From Candidatus Saccharimonadota bacterium (GTDB lineage: Bacteria; Patescibacteriota; Saccharimonadia; Saccharimonadales; UBA4665), in contig DAHXLE010000012.1 of NCBI GenBank assembly GCA_027371825.1, positions 1,179 to 65,178 on the forward strand: a stretch of DNA of 64,000 nucleotides, written 5' to 3'. The notes below the pieces were generated by a model. That model had not been told where the DNA came from. It saw nothing but the letters and a program-made list of their open reading frames with translations, and did no database searches. The stretch's first letter is position 1. Each line of letters opens with the position of its first letter. The position numbers were made by a program, and so were the translations under genes. This document shows, in pieces, positions 1 through 9,195 of the stretch.

Positions 1-666
1 ACGTACCATTTTATGATACATACGCCTTGGTGCGCTGATCAATTGTCGACTAATAGATAACAAACGCATGGTACTTGCCTGTATAGCCTAAAAAATAGAA
101 TCCAAACGAGTTATTCGTATTAACTTTATGACAATAAGTAGTTGTTCTTTCTTTGGCTCTCGAAAATACTCTAGCATGCTCTGAAGAAGTTTTTCTGTTA
201 TCCCCGAGTTTTATACTTCGCATGCTCTAATTATTCTAGCTTAAACACAATAACTTATGCGAATTTTATTTTCGTGCCATGACGCACGACTTTTGATAAC
301 CTACGGTTCTATCCTTCGACACTGTTCAATATAATCAGCCGTGAAACTAACACCGTTTTGATCCACCCCGATACAGTGCAAGGAACTCAAATGGTGAAGT
401 GCCTCCTCCAAGGTTTGTGCATTCGGGTTCCTCTGCTCATCAGTCTCTCGGTACCACTCTCTAAGCTGCTGAAACTTTCTTCTCCAGACATAGCACTAAG
501 CCACATCAAAAAAGCAGGTTCAATCGAGGCTCGTAATCTTCAGATCTTTCCATCAATGATCCCTTCGTATGGTCGCCATTTATTGGTCCCCCCTTCATTA
601 TGAAGTTAGTAACCGGTGATTCGATTATGGTTGCTCTGGTGCTTCCGGTTTTTGCTTGACAAAAAA

Positions 667-743
667 TGGTGGAGCATATCGGATTTGAACCGATGGCCTC
701 TTCCATGCCATGGAAGCGCGCTAGCCAACTGCGCCAATGCCCC
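667..743 (-). tRNA. tRNA-Ala (anticodon GGC)
   Basis: The reverse complement folds as a cloverleaf. The acceptor is GGGGCAT/ATGCTCC with a G3:U70 wobble, the alanine identity element. The anticodon stem is CTTCC/GGAAG with loop A-T-GGC-A-T. The T-arm is ATCGG-TTCAAAT-CCGAT. The ACCA tail is encoded. Confidence 0.9.
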
Positions 744-899
744 AGTTTGATTAAAGTATAACAGCTTAAAAGTATAGTATGAATACGTCTTTATACTATT
801 TGGTAATATTGCGTTAATTTGGCCGATCAAAAAGTATCTCTAGCCGTTTTGCGAACACTACGTACCTAAGCTAGGGACAGAGAAATTGCTAATACTTAA

Positions 900-1049
900 C
901 TAACGCTTTTTGTTAACCGGCAGTTTCACAAAAATCTCGACTGCCTGTCCAAAAAACCTGAAAGCAATGCCAAGCATTACCGTTGTTGCTCCACACCCTG
1001 CTAAGAAAAGAGCCCACGCGATAGGCGAGCTCCAACCCCATACATCCAT
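900..1049 (-). CDS. small membrane protein (49 aa), unknown function
   Basis: An internal ATG of the 900..1109 ORF is preceded by a strong SD (AAGGAGGGG, short spacer). The product MDVWGWSSPIAWALFLAGCGATTVMLGIAFRFFGQAVEIFVKLPVNKKR has one clear TM helix and a basic tail. No family was recognised. Confidence 0.45.
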   Translation of the reverse strand: MDVWGWSSPIAWALFLAGCGATTVMLGIAFRFFGQAVEIFVKLPVNKKR

Positions 1050-1177
1050 AACCCCTCCTTGATTTGTTAATAATATTTTTACAATACATCGCGTTTTACA
1101 TTCATGCAACTAGTTTATGTGGTTTTTTCTGCAGACTAACACACCATATCTTGTATAATGGCAACAGGCCTGTAAGT

Positions 1178-1251
1178 GGCGCTGTGGCGGAGTAGTTACG
1201 CAGAGGTCTGCAAAACCTCGTACGCCGGTGCGATTCCGGTCGGCGCCTCCA
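1178..1251 (+). tRNA. tRNA-Cys (anticodon GCA)
   Basis: The acceptor is GGCGCTG/CGGCGCC with discriminator U73, which is typical of Cys. The anticodon stem is GAGGT/ACCTC with loop C-T-GCA-A-A. CCA is encoded. A TATAAT hexamer lies at 1154-1159 upstream. The T-loop reads TGCGATT (G at position 55) and the D-loop lacks the usual GG, so the elbow is non-canonical. Confidence 0.8.
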
Positions 1252-1421
1252 CGATACTTAAATTATCGCGCATAACAATAATTTGGATGTTTGCTATGCA
1301 TAGCTCCCCATGTTTATGCAGGCATTTATAATAAAGTTGAGTATCGAATCAAGAGCTTAAACGAGTCATTGTCTCGGGGTTATAAAGCGCCTACCTCTCT
1401 GCTATAATTGGATAATGTTAC

Positions 1422-1508
1422 GCGCGGGTGGTGTAATTGGTAGCCACGAGGGACTTAAAATCCCTTGCCTTAATAAGCGTGCGGGTTCGATTCCCGCCCC
1501 GCGCACCA
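1422..1508 (+). tRNA. tRNA-Leu (anticodon UAA), long variable arm
   Basis: The acceptor is GCGCGGG/CCCGCGC followed by ACCA. The anticodon stem is AGGGA/TCCCT with loop C-T-TAA-A-A. The T-arm is GCGGG-TTCGATT-CCCGC. The 87-nt length with a long variable arm marks a class II tRNA. A TATAAT hexamer lies at 1403-1408. Confidence 0.9.
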
Positions 1509-1709
1509 GTTGAAAATATTTCCCAATAGACTACAAACAGGGTTTTTAGGTAGCATGTTGAATTAAGATTCCATATTGGTCTATATATTGATTGCAGCTG
1601 CTATGAAGCGATTAACACTGGTTAATGCAGCAGACAGGAACTTTACTGCACATTATATCCTCTGACCGGCAAAGTCTAAGTGTTGAAACACCGGTATAAT
1701 GATTGGCAA

Positions 1710-2285
1710 TCAGCAGCCTAGATAGCTAGTCGCTCCAACCGGAATGTAGCCGAGTTTCCCGTCTCTATATTGTATTTCGGCGCTGGGCTGATGATCGGGC
1801 CCTTGTAGTCGGATAACCCCCACGGTTGTTAATATATCGCTACCGGGCTGATTTCTAGGCGCAACATAGGGGCTGTTAACCTGTACTTCGTCTATAGCGT
1901 TAATAAATTTAACAACCAAAGAACCTATAGTGGTGCCGGTTTGCTCAATCTCGAAGTAGTCATTCTTGCCGTCTACTCTTTTGGCTATTTCAACTGTCGT
2001 CATACGAGAGAAAGGGCAATATGCGCCGACAGGGCTCCATAGTAGTTGTTTGTCGGGATTAAAAGAGATAGGCAGGTTATTGCGAATTACGGTTGTCATT
2101 ATGTGGGCAATTTCAGTTCCGCTGCGTTGTTGCACGGGTTGTTCCCTGTGGCCGTTTGGAGTATGCGTAATATTAGAAAGAGCCGAGGACAGCACAAGAA
2201 CTGCAGCGAAACGGCTGGCCGAGCTTTTACGATGATCAGTTCTTTTTTCGCTTATCGTTCGTTCGTGATCCCTGCTCATATACAA
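1710..2285 (-). CDS. hypothetical secreted/anchored protein
   Basis: This is a 191-aa ORF. A basic N-terminus is followed by a hydrophobic stretch (FAAVLVLSSALS), which looks like a signal peptide or anchor. No family was recognised. The overlapping plus-strand ORFs 1966..2235 and 2046..2339 look like shadow ORFs. Confidence 0.55.
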   Translation of the reverse strand: MYMSRDHERTISEKRTDHRKSSASRFAAVLVLSSALSNITHTPNGHREQPVQQRSGTEIAHIMTTVIRNNLPISFNPDKQLLWSPVGAYCPFSRMTTVEIAKRVDGKNDYFEIEQTGTTIGSLVVKFINAIDEVQVNSPYVAPRNQPGSDILTTVGVIRLQGPDHQPSAEIQYRDGKLGYIPVGATSYLGC

Positions 2286-2370
2286 ATCGTAGCAGATTTA
2301 AGCCATAATAGCTCTATGGTCATGTCAAAAACGATATAATACACTAATGTGTCATAAAGGGGGATCATAA

Positions 2371-2814
2371 ATGACCAACAACCCGAAGAACTGCCCGTTT
2401 TGTAGTTTTACGGATAGAGTTATTAAAGACAATGCTAGTGCCTACACGATTCTGAGCAATCCCAGAAAAGTTCCAGGCCATTTTTTGGTAATACCAAAGA
2501 GACACACAGAAAAACCATGGGAATTAACGGCCAAAGAAATTCAAGACGTATTCAAGTTAATATTCTTTATAGAAAAAAGCATTATAGGGAAACTGGGGAG
2601 CGGTTGCGATATTAGACAGAACTACCGTCCATTTATAGAGCAGGACGATGTTAAGATGAACCATGTTCATTTTCATGTTATCCCCAGAAACAAAAACGAT
2701 TACATATATTCCGTCTCAGAAAAGTTTGAGGTTGATTTGTTTGCTGAACTGGACGATCTTGAACACCAGGAAGTTGCGAAACTGCTTGATACTAAAGAGG
2801 CTAGCAAAGAATGA
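2371..2814 (+). CDS. HIT (histidine triad) family hydrolase
   Basis: It carries HFLVIPKRH and the histidine-triad motif HVHFHVIP. An SD-like aaaggggga lies just upstream. Confidence 0.85.
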   Translation: MTNNPKNCPFCSFTDRVIKDNASAYTILSNPRKVPGHFLVIPKRHTEKPWELTAKEIQDVFKLIFFIEKSIIGKLGSGCDIRQNYRPFIEQDDVKMNHVHFHVIPRNKNDYIYSVSEKFEVDLFAELDDLEHQEVAKLLDTKEASKE

Positions 2815-3269
2815 AAATAAGTGCCGGTTTGTTGGTGTATCGTCGAGGCGATGAACGGCTTGAGGTTTTACTGACTCATCCAGGAGGCCCGTTCTGGGCA
2901 GGAAAAGACACCTGGTCCATACCCAAAGGGGAGGTTGAGAGCGGAGAGACTAAGCAAGATGCAATGAAAAGAGAATTCTGCGAAGAGACGGGCTTTGAGG
3001 TTCCGGTAGGTGAATTATTGAATCTTGGTCAGGCGAAACAAGGTAAGGATAAAATCAATTACATTTGGGCCGTAGCGGGAGATACTGATTTATCGAGGTT
3101 CAAATGTCGCAGTACCTTTACGTTAGAATGGCCGCCAAAATCCAATAAGCTATTGGAGTTTCCGGAAAACGATAGGGCAGCTTGGTTCAGTATTGAAATG
3201 GCTAAAGAGAAACTTTTTAAATACCAAATTGTGTTTGTGGATCGTTTGGCCGACACGTTTGTCATCTAA
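2811..3269 (+). CDS. NUDIX hydrolase
   Basis: The Nudix box GEVESGETKQDAMKREFCEETGF matches GX5EX7REUXEEXGU. The start overlaps the HIT gene stop as ATGA. Confidence 0.85.
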   Translation: MKISAGLLVYRRGDERLEVLLTHPGGPFWAGKDTWSIPKGEVESGETKQDAMKREFCEETGFEVPVGELLNLGQAKQGKDKINYIWAVAGDTDLSRFKCRSTFTLEWPPKSNKLLEFPENDRAAWFSIEMAKEKLFKYQIVFVDRLADTFVI

Positions 3270-3404
3270 GCCAATAATTCCCCCTGCTTAAATACCGATC
3301 GGCCATCATGAATATCGAACGTTGGGATTAAATTACCAATTTGTGTTGCTGTGATGGCGAGAATTTTATTTTCTCAAATCCATGGTAAACTGTAAGAACT
3401 TAAC

Positions 3405-3561
3405 AATTTTAAATATAAAGAGTGTGGAGAGAGATCTAGCTCGCTGACCCACCGGCAACCTGCATATTTGTTGTAAGGTGCTCCATCTAGCCCGCTATGC
3501 CGGGGATGATGTTTTCGTCTAACGAATCCTTTCTGACCGGTCAAGCAGAAAGGATATTTTT
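3405..3561 (+). promoter_or_regulatory. SAM riboswitch (SAM-I clan) with terminator/SD-sequestering hairpin, leader of metK
   Basis: AAAGAGTGTGGAGAGAGATCTAGCTCGCTGACCCACCGGCAACC...AAGGTGCTCCATCTAGCC...GGGGATGATG tracks the SAM-I core as I recall it (AAGAGAGGUGGAGGGACUGGCCCGAUGAAACCCGGCAACC...GGUGCUAAUUCCAGC...AGAUGAG). CUAG/CUAG replaces CUGG/CCAG as a compensatory pair. The GUGG...CCAC helix is present. P1 would be AAATAT/ATGTTT. An 8-bp hairpin follows (CCTTTCTG at 3528-3535, CAGAAAGG at 3546-3553) and then ATATTTTT. Its 3' arm contains the metK SD. Confidence 0.7.
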
Positions 3562-4689
3562 ATGTCAAATAGTCTAAACGGAACCTCGCTCTTTACGAGT
3601 GAGTCGGTGTGTGCTGGACATCCAGATAAAATCTGCGATGCTATAAGTGATGCAATACTTGACGAAGCCTTAAAACAAGACCATCTATCGAGGGTCGGCG
3701 TTGAGACGGTTGCAGGTGCTAACCAGATTTGTTTGTTCGGGGAAATTAAGACGCGCGCCCAACTGGACTATGAGGCGATTGCTCGCGGAAAAGTCGAAGA
3801 ATTGGGTTATACCGAACCAGCATGGGGATTCTCGCAAGAATCAGTCTTTAGCAACGATATTCATGAGCAATCACCTGAAATTGCCATTGGTGTAGACGAC
3901 GGTGGTGCGGGTGATCAGGGTATGATGTTTGGGTATGCTTGTGAAGAGACGCCGGAATTCATGCCTCTACCAATTATGCTGGCTCATGCATTGACGCGCC
4001 GTATAGATGAAACTCGGAAAAAAAATATTCTCAAATGGCTGCGACCTGACGGCAAAGCGCAAGTTACCGTTCGTTACGATAACCACGTACCCGTAGCTAT
4101 AGAGAAGGTAGTGGTGGCGGTCGCGCATCATGAGGATGCAACGGTCGAGCTTGTTCAGAGTGACGTGATACGTGAAATTATTACGCCCGTTCTCGCGCAT
4201 TATAAGTTCGAATTGCCATCGATGCACAATATTATAGTTAACGGTACTGGTTTATGGCATATCCCCGGACCTGAAAGTGATGCTGGGTTGACTGGACGCA
4301 AAATTGTTGTTGACACATACGGCGGCTATGCTCGTGTTGGCGGCGGTGCTTTCAGCGGAAAAGACCCCAGTAAAGTTGATCGTAGCGGTGCCTACGCAGC
4401 TAGGTATATTGCCAAGAATATTGTGGCGCGGGGTTTTGCGAAACAATGTGAGGTAGGGCTGGCGTACGTGATTGGTCATGCGCGACCGCTTATGCAAACT
4501 ATAGAGACTTTTGGCACGGCTACCGTTAGTGATCGAGCGCTACAAGACTTCAAAGATAAGCTTATCGATACAAGCGTCCGGGGAATCATCGAACGCCTTG
4601 ACCTACGCCGTCCGCTGTACTCACAAACTGCATCCTATGGTCATTTTGGTAAACCCGATCTGCCATGGGAAAAACTTGTCGATATATAA
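3562..4689 (+). CDS. metK: S-adenosylmethionine synthetase
   Basis: It carries the GHPDKICD, GAGDQGMMFGYA and GGGAFSGKDPSKVDRS motifs. The 375-aa ORF is full length. Confidence 0.97.
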   Translation: MSNSLNGTSLFTSESVCAGHPDKICDAISDAILDEALKQDHLSRVGVETVAGANQICLFGEIKTRAQLDYEAIARGKVEELGYTEPAWGFSQESVFSNDIHEQSPEIAIGVDDGGAGDQGMMFGYACEETPEFMPLPIMLAHALTRRIDETRKKNILKWLRPDGKAQVTVRYDNHVPVAIEKVVVAVAHHEDATVELVQSDVIREIITPVLAHYKFELPSMHNIIVNGTGLWHIPGPESDAGLTGRKIVVDTYGGYARVGGGAFSGKDPSKVDRSGAYAARYIAKNIVARGFAKQCEVGLAYVIGHARPLMQTIETFGTATVSDRALQDFKDKLIDTSVRGIIERLDLRRPLYSQTASYGHFGKPDLPWEKLVDI

Positions 4690-4901
4690 CAGCCACACGT
4701 GGCACGCCAAGGCTCGTCGTACGTTATAGAGCTTGCCCTAGAATAATCATCCAAGGCTCCCCTAACAGGCAATCCGTTTACAGCCTGTACGGGAAGCAAT
4801 AATGGTCAAGTTGGGCAGAATGCCAGTCGGTAGGTGTAATGAATCGTGTATAATTTACGTGCTGAAACTCATTTCAACCCAATAAGAGGTAATATAGAAA
4901 G

Positions 4902-6326
4902 ATGAAATATTTTATCACCACAGCAATTCCGTATGTTAATGCCGACCTGCACGTTGGAAATGCGCTTGACTATGTTATGGCGGACGTTTTAGCACGGCGC
5001 GCACGATTAAATAACGAGAAAGTAGTCTTTAGTACCGGAACCGACGAGCATGGGGCGAAGATTGCAGAAAAAGCCAAAGACGCCGGATTGAGCGTGGAAT
5101 CCTTTGTGGGCGAAATGAGCGATAAAGTTAAGGACTTGTTTGGTTTAATGGATATCAGCTACGACCGTTTTACGAGAACGACCGATCAGTCTCATGAAAA
5201 ACGAGCCCAAGCCGTATGGAAAATACTGGGTCAAGACATATATAAAAGCAAATATACCGGCTGGTACTGCGTAGGTGATGAAGAATTTTTCACGGAAACA
5301 GTGGTTAGCCAGAACAATGGGATATGTCCGGATCATAACAGGCCCTACGAGAGGGTTGAAGAGGAGAATTATTTTTTCAGGCTGTCTAAGTATAACGATC
5401 AAATTAAACAGGCCATCACCTCGAACACCTTTAAGATTGTGCCGGCGATAAGGCGCAATGAAATACTCAGTCTTTTAAATGAAGGATTAGAGGATATCAG
5501 TATCTCACGCCCGCTGGATAAGGTATCGTGGGGAATCCCTGTGCCGGGTGATGAAAAACAAGTAATGTACGTCTGGTTCGAGGCCTTACTCAACTATCTA
5601 AGTGTCATAGGATACCCGGACAGTGCAGAATATAAAGAATACTGGCCGGCTGACGTTCAAATTATCGGTAAAGGGATCCTGCGTTTTCATGCCGGTATTT
5701 GGCCCGGTATTTTATTGGCACTTGACCTGCCGTTACCTAAAACTTTATTTGTTCACGGTTACTGTACTATCAACGGGCAAAAAATAAGTAAGACACTCGG
5801 TAACGTTATACTTCCGGCTGATATCATAAAATCCCATGGAACCGATGCATTTAGGTACTATTTGCTGAGACACGTACCGTCTTATGATGATGGCGACTTC
5901 AGCTGGGAGGCTTTTGAAGAAGCTTACAATAATGAGCTTGCCAACGAGCTTGGCAATGCGCTCCAAAGAACCGTTGCCATGATACTGCGATACAGCGAGG
6001 GTGTAATTAAAGAGCTGCCGAAGGTCAATACTCCAGCAGGGTATGATGATGCGCTCGACGATTTTCATTTTGATAGAGCATTGACAATAATTTGGGAAGA
6101 AGTCAGAGAATTAAACCAGTATATCGACATTCAAAAACCATGGATAATTGCAAAAAACGATGACCATCAAAAACTGCAAGAAGTTCTCTCCCATCAAGCA
6201 GCCTCTCTTCTAAATATCGCCAGACTGCTTGAACCTTTTTTGCCTCAAACATCGCACAAGATTATAGAGTCACTGTCATCGGGTCGGGTAAAACTCATAA
6301 CCGGCACTTTGTTTCCTAAAACATGA
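4902..6326 (+). CDS. metG: methionine--tRNA ligase (short form)
   Basis: The HIGH motif appears as HVGN in PYVNADLHVGNAL. The KMSKS motif appears as KISKT in GQKISKTLGN. At 474 aa it has no C-terminal tRNA-binding appendage. Confidence 0.93.
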   Translation: MKYFITTAIPYVNADLHVGNALDYVMADVLARRARLNNEKVVFSTGTDEHGAKIAEKAKDAGLSVESFVGEMSDKVKDLFGLMDISYDRFTRTTDQSHEKRAQAVWKILGQDIYKSKYTGWYCVGDEEFFTETVVSQNNGICPDHNRPYERVEEENYFFRLSKYNDQIKQAITSNTFKIVPAIRRNEILSLLNEGLEDISISRPLDKVSWGIPVPGDEKQVMYVWFEALLNYLSVIGYPDSAEYKEYWPADVQIIGKGILRFHAGIWPGILLALDLPLPKTLFVHGYCTINGQKISKTLGNVILPADIIKSHGTDAFRYYLLRHVPSYDDGDFSWEAFEEAYNNELANELGNALQRTVAMILRYSEGVIKELPKVNTPAGYDDALDDFHFDRALTIIWEEVRELNQYIDIQKPWIIAKNDDHQKLQEVLSHQAASLLNIARLLEPFLPQTSHKIIESLSSGRVKLITGTLFPKT

Positions 6327-6477
6327 GGTGTTTGCTGGCTTAGGCAATGTGTCTAAGGAGAGTTTAAAGAAGTAGTCGGTACTGGCTTTTTGGTTTAATA
6401 CTTGCTTTTGTAGTTGTCTAAGCTTTGCGTAGTCAACGGTTTCAATACCCGGTTGAATCGGTTATTCTAAGACCGAC

Positions 6478-7290
6478 ATGGATTTCATCGATACGCACTG
6501 CCACATACACGAAGCACTGCATACTCCATCACACTTATACGATGGGTATCCGTCTGCTAAGCCCGACTTAATGCTGTCTGCGGCACGATCCATCGGGGTA
6601 ACAAAGGTGATATGCGTCGGCACGACCCTTGCAGATAGCCGGTTGGCGGTTGATTTTGCGCAGGCCAAAGAAGGCGTCTGGTCAGCCGTCGGACTACATC
6701 CACACGAAGCCAAGGTTTATTTTAACGGCTCATCATTAAAAAAGAATGTTATCGAAGAGTTTACTAGCCTGGTGACGATGTCTAAGGTGGTTGCCGTCGG
6801 AGAGTGCGGTCTAGATTATCACTATAATCACTCACCAAAAAGCCAACAAATAGATATTTTAAGGTTTCAGATCGAACTTGCCATTGATCATGATTTACCG
6901 ATTATTTTTCATGTCAGGGAAGCGTTTGTAGACTTTTGGCCCATACTAAATGACTACCCAAATATTAAGGGTGTTTTGCATAGCTTTACGGATTCATCAG
7001 AGAATCTCAGTCTTGCACTGGATAGGGGCCTACTGATAGGAGTGAATGGAATTGCAACGTTTGCTAAAACCCAGGACCGGCTAGAGATTTATCGTTCAAT
7101 ACCGTTAGAGTCGTTATTGCTAGAAACCGACTCACCGTTCTTGACGCCTACCCCATATCGTGGTAGGATGAACGAGCCTAAATATGTGCGGCTAGTAGCG
7201 GAATATTTGAGCGCCATCAGAGGAGAAGATCTAAACACTTTAGCTTCGGTGACTACTAAAAATGCTTTAAAATTGTTTAAAATGGAGTAG
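6478..7290 (+). CDS. tatD: TatD-family metal-dependent DNase/hydrolase
   Basis: It carries the IDTHCHI, GECGLDYH, IFHVREA and LETDSPFLTP motifs. Confidence 0.9.
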   Translation: MDFIDTHCHIHEALHTPSHLYDGYPSAKPDLMLSAARSIGVTKVICVGTTLADSRLAVDFAQAKEGVWSAVGLHPHEAKVYFNGSSLKKNVIEEFTSLVTMSKVVAVGECGLDYHYNHSPKSQQIDILRFQIELAIDHDLPIIFHVREAFVDFWPILNDYPNIKGVLHSFTDSSENLSLALDRGLLIGVNGIATFAKTQDRLEIYRSIPLESLLLETDSPFLTPTPYRGRMNEPKYVRLVAEYLSAIRGEDLNTLASVTTKNALKLFKME

Positions 7291-7295
7291 ATATT

Positions 7296-7607
7296 ATGCC
7301 CACGAAATACGATAGCAATAAAAACGGTACTCCCGAACTAACACAGGATCCGGAAGTAAGGGCTGCTGTTGACGAACGCCTATATGAATTACGCGTGGCT
7401 TTTAGTACCATTCTAAACGTGCTGATTACTAGGCACGTCAAACCCAACGAGGAAGATTCGTCCCGCTCTTTGAATTCCACCGGCGGTAATGAGCCCTCTG
7501 TAAGCGAAGTAGTTGACGACAATCTTCCCTATGACCCCGTTGAGGAGGCTGAGCACATCCTAGAACAAGCTCGTGCTGACGTATCGGCCGCTCGGGAGTT
7601 ACGTTAA
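7296..7607 (+). CDS. hypothetical acidic protein
   Basis: This 103-aa ORF is tightly packed, starting 5 nt after the tatD stop. Its stop overlaps the next start as TAATG. No family was recognised. Confidence 0.55.
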   Translation: MPTKYDSNKNGTPELTQDPEVRAAVDERLYELRVAFSTILNVLITRHVKPNEEDSSRSLNSTGGNEPSVSEVVDDNLPYDPVEEAEHILEQARADVSAARELR

Positions 7608-7978
7608 TGCCTAAATTATTCACTCAGATAAAAGCCCAAAAACAGCTCAACCGCCACGCGGCTTTGCAACGTGAGCTTATTAGACGAGAGGCCAAAATAG
7701 GCGGAGAACTCTTTGGTCCACTCCGCACGAACGGGCGACGAGATTTTTTCTGCTTAGATCGTCATACCTGGGTTTGGCACGAAGAATGGGACGACCAATA
7801 TGGCCAACATCACATAGTTACCACTAATTATGACATTCGGCCCAACGGAATTATTAAGGCCCAAAACGGACAAAACTACAGTTACTTAACGGCTAACGAA
7901 GCCCAAAATCTCTACAAAGCTGTTATGTTGTATAAGGAAAGAGTATTTAGTGAATTATACGGTCTAGCTGAGTCTTAG
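7607..7978 (+). CDS. hypothetical protein
   Basis: This 123-aa ORF is translationally coupled to the previous ORF. It is Trp/His-rich (HTWVWHEEWDDQYGQHH). No family was recognised. Confidence 0.6.
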   Translation: MPKLFTQIKAQKQLNRHAALQRELIRREAKIGGELFGPLRTNGRRDFFCLDRHTWVWHEEWDDQYGQHHIVTTNYDIRPNGIIKAQNGQNYSYLTANEAQNLYKAVMLYKERVFSELYGLAES

Positions 7979-8026
7979 TGCTATACGGTTCAAGGCGAGC
8001 TATAAATTTCATGCTAATGTTTTAAT

Positions 8027-9163
8027 ATGTCTAATATTTATTTGGATTATGCTGCTGCTACCCCTTTAGATCGACGGGTTATGCTGGCAATGAGGCCATA
8101 TTTTTCGAATAACTTCTACAATCCGTCGGGGTTGAGCGTAGAATCTGACGCCGTTCGAAGAGACATAGAATCCGCCCGAGAAACCGTTGCTCGTATACTA
8201 GGAGTAAAAACCAGCGAAATTATATTTACGGCCGGCTGCACCGAAGCCAACAATCTAGCCATTCGTGGAGTTATGGAGAAATACAGCCGAGCCAATGTAG
8301 TTATCAGCGCTATCGAACACGATTCGGTACTGGCGCCGGCCGGACTATATGACAACAAGCAAGTTCCGGTCGGACAAGACGCAGTAGTAGACATAGACCG
8401 TTTAGTTTCTTTAATAGACGATAATACCGTTCTTGTCAGCGTTATTCTTGCTAACAATGAAGTCGGTTCCATTCAACCGCTTCAGAAAATTTCGCAAAGG
8501 TTGGCAGATATCAAAAAACAAAGAACTGCTAGTGGTAATAAGCTGCCACTATTGTTCCACACCGATGCCGCTCAGGCTGGAAATTGCTTAAGTCTTCAAA
8601 TAGACAAACTCGGGGTCGACCTTTTAAGTCTTAACGGCGGTAAAATATACGGGCCTAAACAAAGCGGGGTATTGTTTGTTAGGTCGAGCTTGTCTCTTAG
8701 GCCGTTAATTCTTGGAGGCTTGCAGGAATCGGGTCTCAGGGCAGGAACCGAAAATCCAGCCGGGATCGTTGGCTTCGCCAGGGCTCTTTCGATCGCTCAA
8801 ACCGGGAGGGTATCCGAAGCACAAAGATTATCCGGCCTTACGGATTTATTTATTGAGCAAATTCGGGCACGCCTACCCAAGGCCATAATTAATGGCTCAC
8901 TGGTTAATAGACTGCCGGGCAATGTCCATTTATCAATTCCGGGAACAGACAATGAGCGTCTCATTATGGAGCTTGATTTAAGAGGGGTAATTGCGGCAGC
9001 CGGTTCTGCTTGCGGAGCTCTTAGAGATAGACCCTCTCACGTTCTCTCGGCGATGTCGATTGGTGATGACCTGATTCACTCCAGTTTACGATTTTCAATG
9101 GGTCGTTCAACTACCGCTCCCAAACTCAAACGCGTCATAGAGTTGTTAGTCTCCTTGGCCTAG
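8027..9163 (+). CDS. cysteine desulfurase (class V aminotransferase, NifS/IscS-like)
   Basis: Similarity to the fold type I family runs across the protein. The PLP-lysine region is LSLNGGKIYGPKQSG, where NGGK replaces the usual SGHK. The catalytic Cys loop is AAGSACGA. Confidence 0.85.
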   Translation: MSNIYLDYAAATPLDRRVMLAMRPYFSNNFYNPSGLSVESDAVRRDIESARETVARILGVKTSEIIFTAGCTEANNLAIRGVMEKYSRANVVISAIEHDSVLAPAGLYDNKQVPVGQDAVVDIDRLVSLIDDNTVLVSVILANNEVGSIQPLQKISQRLADIKKQRTASGNKLPLLFHTDAAQAGNCLSLQIDKLGVDLLSLNGGKIYGPKQSGVLFVRSSLSLRPLILGGLQESGLRAGTENPAGIVGFARALSIAQTGRVSEAQRLSGLTDLFIEQIRARLPKAIINGSLVNRLPGNVHLSIPGTDNERLIMELDLRGVIAAAGSACGALRDRPSHVLSAMSIGDDLIHSSLRFSMGRSTTAPKLKRVIELLVSLA

Positions 9164-9195
9164 TCAAAACATAAGCGCTATACTATTTATTAAGT

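Noticed and set aside
358-706. Track ORFs 358..603 (+), 506..706 (-) and 606..830 (-) near the left edge
   Set aside because: The two minus-strand ORFs run through the tRNA-Ala gene (667-743). The plus-strand ORF has no SD, an implausible composition and no recognisable family. I treat them as non-coding. The separate finding on 1-660 covers possible remnants.
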